Shown here piece after piece: positions 1 through 8,816 of a stretch of DNA of 64,000 nucleotides. The stretch is taken from the IMG/VR virus record IMGVR_UViG_3300020470_001965. One strand, given 5' to 3'. The translations under genes were made by a program, and so were the position numbers. Position 1 is the stretch's first letter, and every line of letters begins with the position of its first letter. Source of the DNA: a virus. Under the pieces are notes generated by a model. It was not told the origin of the DNA and ran no database searches. It saw only the letters and a list, made by a program, of their open reading frames with translations.

Positions 1-308
1 AAGACAATCCTTATAATAAGATAAGGTATAATTGGAAACAGGTAGATGAAAACATCGTCTATAGTGAAACTTATAATCTTATTCATGATTGTCCTTCCTG
101 TCCTTTCCTATGGGTTTGGGATGGGCAATGGTGGACAGGGACTACAGATGGAGAATGCATCCAAGACACAACAAGGATAGTAACCTCTATCAGATTTAAT
201 GGTATGGAGTATCGTGTCAAAGATGTAGGATATAATATAGATACGGGTAAGCAAGTTTATGGAAAAGACCCAAGTGAAGGTGAATTCTTCTTTCAAAGTA
301 TACAATGA
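1..308 (+). CDS. cpeT: CpeT/CpcT-like (T-type) phycobiliprotein lyase, 3' part (truncated by window start)
   Basis: Frame 3 is open from the window start to TGA 306-308: DNPYNKIRY...CPFLWVWDGQWWTGTTDGECIQ...DVGYNIDTGKQVYGKDPSEGEFFFQSIQ*. The C-terminal D-x-G-Y-x3-G-x-Q-V-[WY]-G...F-x-F pattern resembles T-type lyases. Not in the ORF track. Confidence 0.65.
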   Translation, partial: DNPYNKIRYNWKQVDENIVYSETYNLIHDCPSCPFLWVWDGQWWTGTTDGECIQDTTRIVTSIRFNGMEYRVKDVGYNIDTGKQVYGKDPSEGEFFFQSIQ

Positions 309-816
309 TTTCCTACCAGCTAGTGACTTTAGTTTGGTACAACAAACATTTGCATCAGATTCATTCCCGTGGTATTGGGGACAGAATGTATTAAGTGAGG
401 ACTATACGACTAGCGATTCGTATAGATGTAGTGAGGAAGATAATTTTCAATTCGTTCATTGGATATACACAGACGCTAGACCTATTAATGAGTATTTTGA
501 TACAGTGGTACCTATTATTAATAAGTTAAGGGTCGGTGCTATCTGTAAGATTAAAGCAAATCTAAATCCTAGGACTGAAGAGACAGTAGAGCATGGGTTT
601 CATTGTGATCAGGATTGGATTGGTACTAAGACTGCTGTATACTATGTTAACACATGTAATGGATATACTCTCTTTGAGGAGAGTGGTGAGAAGGTATATA
701 GTAAAGCGAATAGATTAGTTGTATTTGATGGTCCTACAAGTCACACTGGCAGCACATGCACAGATGAGAAGAGAAGGATAGTTATCAATTTCAACTACTA
801 TGAAGTAGATAAATAA
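259..816 (+). CDS. 2OG-Fe(II) oxygenase
   Basis: HCD (HxD), TAVYYVN, distal H (SHTGS), RIVINFNY. True start may be slightly downstream because of the overlap with the cpeT-like ORF. Confidence 0.85.
   Translation: MEKTQVKVNSSFKVYNDFLPASDFSLVQQTFASDSFPWYWGQNVLSEDYTTSDSYRCSEEDNFQFVHWIYTDARPINEYFDTVVPIINKLRVGAICKIKANLNPRTEETVEHGFHCDQDWIGTKTAVYYVNTCNGYTLFEESGEKVYSKANRLVVFDGPTSHTGSTCTDEKRRIVINFNYYEVDK
809..815 (+). promoter_or_regulatory. T4-type late promoter (ATAAATA) for gp5
   Basis: ATAAATA 18 nt before the gp5 ATG. Confidence 0.65.
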
Positions 817-833
817 AAGAAAACAATATTATT

Positions 834-3590
834 ATGTCTCAGGTACAAGGTCCAAGTAAGTCGGACTTCCTAGGTAAGGATGGTTACACTTGGTGGGTAG
901 GAGAAGTTGAGGACATCAACGACCCTATGCAACTAGGTCGTGTTCGTGTGCGTGTCCTTGGTTGGTATACTGGACATACTGAGAAGCAAGCATATCTTAC
1001 AGATATTCCAACAGAGATATTACCTTGGGCTACTTGCTTACTACCTTGTGACTCTGCACAAACTAAGTCAGCAGGTACTACAACAGAATTACAACCAGGC
1101 GCATGGGTAATAGGTTTCTTCCTTGATGGTGAAGAAGCACAGTTACCATGTGTCTTAGGTGCATTCCGTGGAATGCAGAAGAAAGAAGATGATAAGAAGA
1201 GGACTACTGTAGCATCTGGTGAAGATGCTGAAGCTAAGAAGACTAATACACCTGGTCAGAGAGACTTATCTGATCAAGATAAGTTTGGAGGTCACCCCTT
1301 CCCTAAGTTACAGAGTGTTACTCCAACAGATGAGAGTGGTGCTCCAGAGGAAGCACGTGGACCTGGTATAAACACAGGAGAGGCAGTTACGCCTGGTAAT
1401 GTTGTAATGAATCCTATCAAGCCACCTGTTAACGCAGAGGGTGTTGCTGATGGTGTTGCTGGTCCTGCTGGTAAAGGATTTGAAACTGACTTAACAAGAA
1501 TGCTCACTGAATTAGGTGAGATGACTGCTATGGCAGCATCTGGACCTGGTGGGTTTATATCAGTTATTACAGGTAATAAGGTAGCAGGTGATAAAGTTAG
1601 AGAGCACCTTGGTAGAATTACTAACTTCCTTGCAGGTGGTATATCAGGTATCCTTGCACCACTCAAGGAGATGCTAGCAAAACTCATTGCAGAGATTGTG
1701 GGTATGCTAGTTAAGATTATATCTCAGTTTATACCTATTGTTGTCATCACTACTGTGATGAAGTTCCTTGAGCAGATCTTTAAGATCTTCTGTATGGATA
1801 CACCTATGTGGTTTGGACTGGTGCAGGCAGCGTTATCGGATACTGCGAACTTTGCGAACCAAATAGCTAGCCTTGCTGTGAACAAAGTAGCAGAAGCAAT
1901 GTCAGGTATTGACTCTGCTGTTAAGGGTGTTACCAACAGAGTATTGAATGGTATTACATCTGCAATGAATCGTGTAAGAGACGTAGCAGGTGATGTCATC
2001 AGTGCTGTTAATACTGCTAAAGGTATGGTAGGGGCAGCAAAGAGACTGGGTGAAACTGTCCAAATGATATTTGAGTTTGACTTTACTTCACTAGACTGGG
2101 GTAGTCTCATTCAGATTCTTATTGCTATACTAGGTTTACTCTTCAAGAAGTCGTGTAATAGGAAGATAAAACGACCGAAGTCGAAGATGTGGTTCCCTCT
2201 CATAGGTACCACGCAATGCGATAATGTAGAAGATGCTATAAAAGGTACGCCATACGAGACTGTTGATCATTTATATGATGGTAGTCCTGCCACCTCTGGT
2301 AAGGGAAGTTTCATTGATAAGTTGTTTGAGAATATCAATCCTTATCTGATGCAATCAGTATCTCATTTGAATGGTGCAAGAGAAATTAATGATGCTACAC
2401 CAGGTAAAGAGAAGCAGATTATATCTGGTCCTGGCGGTGTTTCTACATTCCAAGATGCTTTTGGTAACGAGCACAAGAATGTCCCTAACAATGAAACTAA
2501 GATCATTGCTAAGGACAAGTGTGAGACTATTAAAGGTAACTATTCACTGACTGTTGAAGGTGACATGTATCTTAAGGTCATGGGTAACCTACATGAAGAG
2601 GTAACAGGATCTAAGAATGAGCACAACTCACAAGGTCCACAGGCAGAGGCAGAAGGAGAATCAAAAGCACCAGACTTGAATACTCAAGGTGGGTCTGTGC
2701 AGGCACAGGACACTAATGTTACTGGTTCAGGTGGTGGTGGATATACTGTAGTTGCTGACGCATCATCATTAGGTGGTGGACCATCGTCTGATTCAGGTGG
2801 TGGAGGTGGTGGTAGCAGTGACTCAGGTGGGTCTGCTGACATGTATCGTCATCAAAGAGATAAAGATAGGACTGAGTTACTCAGGTTGAATAACATTGGT
2901 GGTTTCTATCCAGTAGAAGATATTCCATTCGCACCTGGTGCTGACCACATGGGTAGAACACCTACAGGTCCACAGTTGGGTGCAAAGTTACAAGATACTA
3001 AAGAGCAGAAGTCAGCGGCACGTAAGGAAGGTGACCATGACATAGCATATACTGGTGAGGTTAAGATACAGGGTGCTAAGGTTAGTATCGCTGCTATTGA
3101 GTCGTTGATGATTAACTCTCAAAACGTCAAGATAGAAGGTAATACTATTGAAAACATCGCTGACGGTGAGATAGTCAATCAGGCCAACTGGATAACATCA
3201 TTCTTAAATGCTGGTAGGTTTGAGTTTATTGGTCTCTTTAACCCATTTGCAGCATTGACTGGACAATTTACCATTGTCAAGGGTAGTATAATAGATATCA
3301 CATGTGACATGCCATTCCCTGCTGTTGCACCACCTGCACATGTCAGGATAGCAATCGGCACCACTGTCCCTGCTTCACAGATTGACATAATTGCTGGTAG
3401 CACCAGTGGAGCACACGCAGAATTCATCGCAGCACCTAGTGGTGTCATTGGTGAGTTTGTACCACAAGGAAGTATCGTAAACCAGGTAGTGACTGGACTC
3501 TCATCATATTCTGTAGCGTCAGGATACATGGCAACAGGATGCGGTTTCGGACCTCATCAGGTCTATGGCTTGCCATTGCTGCTGAACTAG
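834..3590 (+). CDS. gp5: Baseplate hub/central spike gp5-like protein (no recognisable lysozyme domain)
   Basis: N-terminal OB-fold signature WWVGEVEDINDPMQLGRVRVRVLGWY...LPWA...GAWVIGFFLDGEEAQLPCVLG; beta-helix-like repeats ETIKGNYSLTVEGDMYLKVMGN. Confidence 0.9.
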   Translation: MSQVQGPSKSDFLGKDGYTWWVGEVEDINDPMQLGRVRVRVLGWYTGHTEKQAYLTDIPTEILPWATCLLPCDSAQTKSAGTTTELQPGAWVIGFFLDGEEAQLPCVLGAFRGMQKKEDDKKRTTVASGEDAEAKKTNTPGQRDLSDQDKFGGHPFPKLQSVTPTDESGAPEEARGPGINTGEAVTPGNVVMNPIKPPVNAEGVADGVAGPAGKGFETDLTRMLTELGEMTAMAASGPGGFISVITGNKVAGDKVREHLGRITNFLAGGISGILAPLKEMLAKLIAEIVGMLVKIISQFIPIVVITTVMKFLEQIFKIFCMDTPMWFGLVQAALSDTANFANQIASLAVNKVAEAMSGIDSAVKGVTNRVLNGITSAMNRVRDVAGDVISAVNTAKGMVGAAKRLGETVQMIFEFDFTSLDWGSLIQILIAILGLLFKKSCNRKIKRPKSKMWFPLIGTTQCDNVEDAIKGTPYETVDHLYDGSPATSGKGSFIDKLFENINPYLMQSVSHLNGAREINDATPGKEKQIISGPGGVSTFQDAFGNEHKNVPNNETKIIAKDKCETIKGNYSLTVEGDMYLKVMGNLHEEVTGSKNEHNSQGPQAEAEGESKAPDLNTQGGSVQAQDTNVTGSGGGGYTVVADASSLGGGPSSDSGGGGGGSSDSGGSADMYRHQRDKDRTELLRLNNIGGFYPVEDIPFAPGADHMGRTPTGPQLGAKLQDTKEQKSAARKEGDHDIAYTGEVKIQGAKVSIAAIESLMINSQNVKIEGNTIENIADGEIVNQANWITSFLNAGRFEFIGLFNPFAALTGQFTIVKGSIIDITCDMPFPAVAPPAHVRIAIGTTVPASQIDIIAGSTSGAHAEFIAAPSGVIGEFVPQGSIVNQVVTGLSSYSVASGYMATGCGFGPHQVYGLPLLLN

Positions 3591-3598
3591 TGTATAAT
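3570..3598 (+). promoter_or_regulatory. sigma70-type promoter TTGCCA-N17-TATAAT
   Basis: TTGCCA 3570-3575, TATAAT 3593-3598 preceded by GTG; AGGAG just downstream. Confidence 0.7.
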
Positions 3599-3625
3599 AG
3601 AGGAGTTGTGAGACCCCCTGCACCT

Positions 3626-3823
3626 ATGAGCGACGATACCTATCTTGAGCATGTCTGGGTTAATATCCCGAAACGTGAGGTCAAGATTATGGATGATGAA
3701 GGACGAGATGAAACCGTCCAGTGGAAATTTGATGATGAGGGTGCAGAGGGATTCACCGAGACTGTCTCTCATTTCCGAGAGTTCATCCCAGAAGAAATGA
3801 TTACCTATTTACCACACCGATGA
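3626..3823 (+). CDS. hypothetical protein
   Basis: ATG 3626 (MSDDTYLEHVW...) lies downstream of the promoter; preferred over the track start 3539 inside gp5. Confidence 0.7.
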   Translation: MSDDTYLEHVWVNIPKREVKIMDDEGRDETVQWKFDDEGAEGFTETVSHFREFIPEEMITYLPHR

Positions 3824-4071
3824 ATATAATCGCACTATCACAAGCGGAGTTTGCAGGGAATGTGGACTTCGCTTTTACTTTGGCAGGAAAGGGACATACC
3901 CTCAAAGTAACACTTGATAATGGTAAAGTATTATTAGTGTCACCTGTAGCTACGCAACTACCAGAAGGTGAGGTCAAGATACCTGCACCAGAGGAGTTTG
4001 TTCCTGACCCTGTAGGCACACGTCAGTTTGTGGATGAAGCACTTGCTGACATGACTGGACCAGGGTTCTGA
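3820..4071 (+). CDS. hypothetical protein
   Basis: ATGA overlap with the previous gene, 83 aa. Confidence 0.7.
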   Translation: MNIIALSQAEFAGNVDFAFTLAGKGHTLKVTLDNGKVLLVSPVATQLPEGEVKIPAPEEFVPDPVGTRQFVDEALADMTGPGF

Positions 4072-4592
4072 TGCAGGTATTATTTCCTGACCATTATTAT
4101 TATCAGTACAAAGCTCCTAATGCAGATGATTTTATAGATCGTCTCAACAGAGAGCATAATGTAGATAATAGTCAGTTCCCTTGGGGTAAGGACTGTGAAG
4201 TTGACCTGATTAGGTTGGGGTGGGAGGAGTATTTTAAATACCTGACACCTAGTATGGACCTACTAAGGAAAGACATGTCAGGAATATACGAATTTAGTAT
4301 ATGTGATCCTTGGTTGAATCTATATAAGAAAGGAGGATTTCAAGAGTGTCACGACCACAAGGATGCAGACCTAGCGTGTGTATTCTTTCTGCAAGAGGAT
4401 TATAATTTCTATTTCGTCAATAGAAATGTAAACCTATCACGAGTCTTCAATCAACCAGACAGACAGATGATATCAGCAGAGCGTGGTGATATATTATTTT
4501 TTCCAGCACATATGCTACATGGTGTTACTCCTAACAGGAGTGATGACATTAGGAAAACATTCTCTTGCAATTTTTGGATGAAGACGCTATGA
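4071..4592 (+). CDS. 2OG-Fe(II) oxygenase-like (TIGR02466 type)
   Basis: W-x-N-x-Y...FQECHDH, GDILFFPAHMLHGV, RKTFSCNF. Confidence 0.85.
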   Translation: MQVLFPDHYYYQYKAPNADDFIDRLNREHNVDNSQFPWGKDCEVDLIRLGWEEYFKYLTPSMDLLRKDMSGIYEFSICDPWLNLYKKGGFQECHDHKDADLACVFFLQEDYNFYFVNRNVNLSRVFNQPDRQMISAERGDILFFPAHMLHGVTPNRSDDIRKTFSCNFWMKTL

Positions 4593-4762
4593 TGAGGTTA
4601 AATTCACTTAACGTGATGGTAAGTGTTGCAAGTTGGATCAAACGATGGTTTGATCTATCCGAACCTAGACCTTGGGAGGAACCAAAGGTAACTTGCTATA
4701 TTGACGAAGAGCAAGTAGACTGTGATACATGGGAATACATCAATGAAACTAAGGAGCAGTGA
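4589..4762 (+). CDS. hypothetical protein
   Basis: Small ORF coupled by ATGA overlap. Confidence 0.55.
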   Translation: MMRLNSLNVMVSVASWIKRWFDLSEPRPWEEPKVTCYIDEEQVDCDTWEYINETKEQ

Positions 4763-4916
4763 AAACGTGAAGAAAACTTATGTGATTGAGAAAAAGAATC
4801 CTCAACACAATCAAGAGTGGAGTTGGGAGGAGACTCCTGAGCTCCGTGCATTCATTCAGCGTCAAGCAACCAAAAATTTACATGAGGATATGAAAAATGA
4901 GGGATCAAATAATTAA
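4743..4916 (+). CDS. hypothetical protein
   Basis: MKLRSSENVKK...; tight packing with neighbours. Confidence 0.55.
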   Translation: MKLRSSENVKKTYVIEKKNPQHNQEWSWEETPELRAFIQRQATKNLHEDMKNEGSNN

Positions 4917-5100
4917 AGCACTCCTAGCACATGCACAAGGAGACATTGCCAAGCATAAGGCAAACGTTGAAGTATATCTTACCAGTCCAGTTGGTATTGG
5001 TGAGCATTCAAATATCCTTGAAGCAATCGAAGATGAATTGAATATGATTGCTAAGTATGAGGATCAGATTGAGGTTATCAAGAAGTATTTTAAGTCATGA
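4897..5100 (+). CDS. conserved small phage protein
   Basis: MRDQIIKALLAHAQGDIAKHKANVEVYLTSPVGIGEHSNI...; PVGIGEH motif typical of marine phage small proteins. Confidence 0.8.
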   Translation: MRDQIIKALLAHAQGDIAKHKANVEVYLTSPVGIGEHSNILEAIEDELNMIAKYEDQIEVIKKYFKS

Positions 5101-5258
5101 GTGACATCATACTAGACAGGAATGAGCTCAAGAAACTCGTAAAGGAGGCAATGGATGAATGGGCAGCAGAGTGTAGTTACCTCACTCAAGATACTGGAGA
5201 GGGCCGCTACTATTGTTCAAAACAAGATTGTGAGGGAGTCGAATTCAGTGCTAAGTAA
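5097..5258 (+). CDS. hypothetical protein, 53 aa (not in track)
   Basis: MSDIILDRNELKKLVKEAMDEWAAEC...; ATGA overlap with the previous gene, stop TAA 5256-5258. Confidence 0.55.
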   Translation: MSDIILDRNELKKLVKEAMDEWAAECSYLTQDTGEGRYYCSKQDCEGVEFSAK

Positions 5259-5400
5259 AGACTATAGACTGAGACTTCAAATCATTGCATGTAAAGTCAG
5301 ACTCAAACGAGAGGTGACACTAGAAGATATGACTTGGGCAACCAAGTTAATTGAACATAACAACCACGCACGAGGTATTTGGGAGAGAACTGTACAATGA
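5248..5400 (+). CDS. hypothetical protein
   Basis: GTG start giving MLSKDYRLRLQIIACK...; same frame as track ORF 5155..5400. Confidence 0.6.
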   Translation: MLSKDYRLRLQIIACKVRLKREVTLEDMTWATKLIEHNNHARGIWERTVQ

Positions 5401-6077
5401 AAATTTTTATTGATAGTGCTGATACTGATGCAATCAGTAGATGTTTTAAGACTGGTCTAGTTGATGGTGTTACCACTAACCCCAGTCTTATACTTAAGAG
5501 TGGTAGAGATCCAGAGGATGTCTACGCAGACCTAGCTCGTATGGGTGTCAAGGACATCTCTATGGAGGTTGTAGGCAACGGTGAAGAAATGGTTGCAGAA
5601 GGTAAACGACTTGCACAGAAGTTTGGTGAAGTTGCTACAATTAAGGTACCTTGCACACGTGGTGGACTAGCAGCGTGTAGAATATTATCCAAGGAGGGAA
5701 TCAGAGTAAATGTTACGCTTATCTTTAATGCTGCTCAAGCTATCCTATCTGCAAAGGCAGGTGCTACTTACGTCAGTCCTTTTGTTGGGCGGTTGGATGA
5801 CAATAGCATTGCTGGGCTGGAGGTTGTCAGATCAATCGTAGATGTGTATAGAGCACAAGGACACTTTGAGACACAAGTGTTAGCAGCATCTATCCGTGAA
5901 GTAAATCGAGCAGTAAGATGTTGGTATAATGGTGCTAGTATATGCACTATACCTGTGAAGGTATTTGATGACATGTATAAGCACGTCCTTACTGACAAAG
6001 GACTTGATATATTTGATAGGGATTGGAAAGCTGTCCATCCTACATCACAAATAAACGACCTAGGTTCTCTTGACTAA
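5397..6077 (+). CDS. talC: Transaldolase TalC (FSA/TalC family; auxiliary metabolic gene)
   Basis: MKIFIDSAD...GVTTNPSL...catalytic IKVP...NVTLIF...YVSPFVGRLDD...LAASIR...HVLTDKG. Confidence 0.95.
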   Translation: MKIFIDSADTDAISRCFKTGLVDGVTTNPSLILKSGRDPEDVYADLARMGVKDISMEVVGNGEEMVAEGKRLAQKFGEVATIKVPCTRGGLAACRILSKEGIRVNVTLIFNAAQAILSAKAGATYVSPFVGRLDDNSIAGLEVVRSIVDVYRAQGHFETQVLAASIREVNRAVRCWYNGASICTIPVKVFDDMYKHVLTDKGLDIFDRDWKAVHPTSQINDLGSLD

Positions 6078-6550
6078 TGAGAGTTATTCCTCAATATGCA
6101 CCTGAAGTTAATAAGATAACATGGGTAGACACCATGTTAAAGATTGATTCAGATGTACAAGAGGATAAGTTTATTTGTATCAGACATAATGACGATGCAT
6201 ATACATTACATACTAAGGATAAACTAATGGTTGTTAGGGGAGAAATCCCCACCATAGTATGTGAGAGTGCATATGTCCCTACATCTTTTATACCAGTGTG
6301 TCAAAAGGTGCAGAAGGACTGGAATATGAATGAGTTTCATACATATGTTAGTATGTCCAAGAGGACTTCTACATTTGGTAGACACAACGACACTATGGAT
6401 GTGTTGATAGTACAGGCAATGGGTAAGGTCACTTATAAATTTGACGATGCTGTAGTTAAATTATCTCCAGGTGACGCTGTATTCATACCTGAAGGGGAGT
6501 ATCACGACCCTATAGTCCATGGACCAAGAGTTACTCTTAGTTTTTCATGA
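6077..6550 (+). CDS. JmjC/cupin-type oxygenase
   Basis: FGRHNDTMDVLIVQAMG (HxD), LSPGDAVFIPEGEYH, RVTLSF. Confidence 0.8.
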   Translation: MRVIPQYAPEVNKITWVDTMLKIDSDVQEDKFICIRHNDDAYTLHTKDKLMVVRGEIPTIVCESAYVPTSFIPVCQKVQKDWNMNEFHTYVSMSKRTSTFGRHNDTMDVLIVQAMGKVTYKFDDAVVKLSPGDAVFIPEGEYHDPIVHGPRVTLSFS

Positions 6551-6747
6551 AGAAGTTTACTAAGGAGGAAATAGGTTACAAACCTACTGACAAATTAGCA
6601 AAGATGTGGTTACTCAATCCCCACGACCATCATTTTTTATATCAAAGAGACGATGGTTCTTATTATGGATACTCCCATATTAAGGATGAGGATCCAGAGG
6701 ATTACTTTTGGGAGGCACATGGTATTCAATTAGAGTTGAAACTATGA
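6547..6747 (+). CDS. hypothetical protein
   Basis: 66 aa, ATGA-coupled. Confidence 0.6.
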   Translation: MKKFTKEEIGYKPTDKLAKMWLLNPHDHHFLYQRDDGSYYGYSHIKDEDPEDYFWEAHGIQLELKL

Positions 6748-6920
6748 CAGATTCAAACCCAAGACCCGAAGAAGAGATAGCAGATCAATGGAGTCTGGAA
6801 GACATGAAAAAGTCTATCCTTGACAACGCAGCAGAATATGATAGAATAGTGAGACATCAAAATGAAGAAGAAAAAGATGTTGAAGAAGGAAAGGGCAGCG
6901 AAGGTCAGAGCACAAGTTAA
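6744..6920 (+). CDS. hypothetical acidic protein
   Basis: MTDSNPRPEEE...; ATGA-coupled. Confidence 0.5.
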   Translation: MTDSNPRPEEEIADQWSLEDMKKSILDNAAEYDRIVRHQNEEEKDVEEGKGSEGQSTS

Positions 6921-7080
6921 GAGTCGGTGGTACTACTGGTTCTGGGGTGCTGCTACTGTATCAGTTTTCGCTGGACAAATTTACGTCGGTAGAGGATTTC
7001 ACAGAATGGCCGAATCTTTAGACAACCTTCTTGGTGCCGTTGCTGTTGAAGTATACAAGGATGGAATCCGATACTACTAG
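6862..7080 (+). CDS. small membrane protein
   Basis: Basic N-terminus then hydrophobic WYYWFWGAATVSVFAG; upstream TTGACA(6820)-N16-TAGAAT(6842). Confidence 0.65.
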   Translation: MKKKKMLKKERAAKVRAQVKSRWYYWFWGAATVSVFAGQIYVGRGFHRMAESLDNLLGAVAVEVYKDGIRYY

Positions 7081-7114
7081 GCATAAATTCTTGTTACGGT
7101 ACACTAACAAATCT

Positions 7115-7122
7115 TATAAATA
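7115..7122 (+). promoter_or_regulatory. T4 late promoter TATAAATA
   Basis: Exact T4 late consensus in an intergenic region. Confidence 0.75.
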
Positions 7123-7201
7123 ATAGTAGAAAAAAGGAGAGAACAAGATGACCTGAAACCCAAACTCTTTTAGTATGGTAAACAAATCTTGGAGGACATA
7201 A

Positions 7202-7360
7202 ATGCACAATCTCGTTTCGTTCAATCAACTTGCAGAGTGGAAGCACTTAGAGAAAGCAAACCCTGAGGATGTGACCAAAGTAAGCGATTACTACAGTTGC
7301 ATTATCGAGAACTCAGGAGATAGACAAGCAAAGAAAATGTGTAAAAGGTTGCTAGAGTAA
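7202..7360 (+). CDS. small protein, 52 aa, MHNLVSFNQLAEW... (not in track)
   Basis: GGAGG SD at 7191-7195, ATG 7202, TAA 7358-7360; flanked by its own late promoter and terminator. Confidence 0.8.
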   Translation: MHNLVSFNQLAEWKHLEKANPEDVTKVSDYYSCIIENSGDRQAKKMCKRLLE

Positions 7361-7397
7361 GTGTTTCTAACTTTTCCATCCCCAACATTGAAGAAAC

Positions 7398-7424
7398 GAG
7401 GGCATTTATGCCCTCTCTTTTTTT
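7398..7424 (+). terminator. Rho-independent terminator
   Basis: GAGGGCAT-TT-ATGCCCTC followed by TCTTTTTTT. Confidence 0.85.
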
Positions 7425-7431
7425 GTACCCG

Positions 7432-7439
7432 TATAAATA
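7432..7439 (+). promoter_or_regulatory. T4 late promoter TATAAATA (start of structural block)
   Basis: Exact consensus before 7466. Further (T)ATAAATA copies at 11010, 14612, 16572, 17408, 27078, 40056, 44368 and 46833, each just upstream of a gene start. Confidence 0.8.
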
Positions 7440-7465
7440 AAACTGTAAGAATTGTACTGTAAATA

Positions 7466-8809
7466 GTGGCAACTAAAAGAATATCCCAGTTAGAAACGAT
7501 AGCGGATGCACTGGTAACTGGTGAAGCTATTCTTCCTATTGTAATATCTGACCCTCTTATACCTAACAGGAAGTCAAAGGTTAATCAACTTTTCCGTGGT
7601 GTGAGTGCAGGTAGTCAGACTGCACCAGGACTAGCTTTCGACCTTGACCGAGATTCGGGCATGTATCAGAGTGCTGTCGATGAAATAGGACTCACATTTG
7701 GTAGTGCTGCTCTCTATAATAGTAGAAGAGCGAATACCGATGGGTCATCTACTCTGTTAATCAAAGCAATAGATACGGCATCTGCCACATCTAGTCTTGA
7801 GATACAACCACAGGGTAGTGGTTTCTTTACAGTTGCTGGACCTATAATTCAGACAGACGTACAATTCTATCTTGAAGGTGACCAGAATACTGGTAAGAGA
7901 GCACACTTTAATGTAGATACTATTAGTACACAGTCAGGTACACGTCGTTTTGACTTACCTAATGTTGGCACCGCCACTAGCACAACATTGGTAGCAAATG
8001 ACACCTTCCAGACTATAACTAATAAAACAATTCTTATTAAGGACGCAGAGCTTCAGATTACAGGTTCTACGGATACTTCAAAGATAGCAAAGTTTGAGTG
8101 TGACGCATGGGAATCACCAGGCGACCATACCTATAAACTACCTGACTTTGGTGCTGCACAGACTCAATCAACACTGATTGACGATATTACTGAGCAGAAT
8201 CTATTCAATAAGAATGTGGTCAACCCTACATTCTCGAATACACCAAGTAATGACCCTAATACACCTACTAACTACATTATATTTGATCAAAGTCAAATTA
8301 CGCAGGATAGAAGTGTTGTATGGCCAGACCTAAATATTACGGTAGTAGGTGAGGATTCATCTCAGACTATTACAAACAAGGTTTACAAAGGAGCAGTATT
8401 CTGCGATACTGATCCAGCAGAAGGAGCAGGTAGGAAGATATCTTTCGACCTATCTAATATAGAGGATAATCAGACTTATGTCTTTGGTTTCCCTGATAAT
8501 GATCCTGCTGCACCTCTGAATAATAATAATGCAACAAATATTCTAGTTTCAGAGAGAAAAACACAGACACTCTACAATAAAACGCTAGAGTATGCTAAGA
8601 TAAATAACCCTAACGACGTTAATGGTATCATTACGTTCGAGATGGCAAATATCACGGGTGCTAGGAATATCCAGTTCCCTGATGCTGATGCTACGCTACT
8701 ATCTACTAATAATATTAGTGATGTATCAATTAGTTTCGGTGGTGCAATCGCAGCCCCTGTACTTGGTGGGCAACTAAGACTACAATCCTTTTTCCAATCA
8801 GGTTGGTAA
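7466..8809 (+). CDS. Virion structural protein (tail-fibre associated)
   Basis: Late promoter; PGLAFDLDRDSGMY motif and repeated 'LPD..TL....QT(I/L)TNKT' fibre-shaft units. Confidence 0.8.
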   Translation: MATKRISQLETIADALVTGEAILPIVISDPLIPNRKSKVNQLFRGVSAGSQTAPGLAFDLDRDSGMYQSAVDEIGLTFGSAALYNSRRANTDGSSTLLIKAIDTASATSSLEIQPQGSGFFTVAGPIIQTDVQFYLEGDQNTGKRAHFNVDTISTQSGTRRFDLPNVGTATSTTLVANDTFQTITNKTILIKDAELQITGSTDTSKIAKFECDAWESPGDHTYKLPDFGAAQTQSTLIDDITEQNLFNKNVVNPTFSNTPSNDPNTPTNYIIFDQSQITQDRSVVWPDLNITVVGEDSSQTITNKVYKGAVFCDTDPAEGAGRKISFDLSNIEDNQTYVFGFPDNDPAAPLNNNNATNILVSERKTQTLYNKTLEYAKINNPNDVNGIITFEMANITGARNIQFPDADATLLSTNNISDVSISFGGAIAAPVLGGQLRLQSFFQSGW

Positions 8810-8816
8810 ATAAACA

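Noticed and set aside
2720-2840. GGT-rich low-complexity stretches (also 15570-15605)
   Set aside because: They simply encode Gly/Ser linkers.
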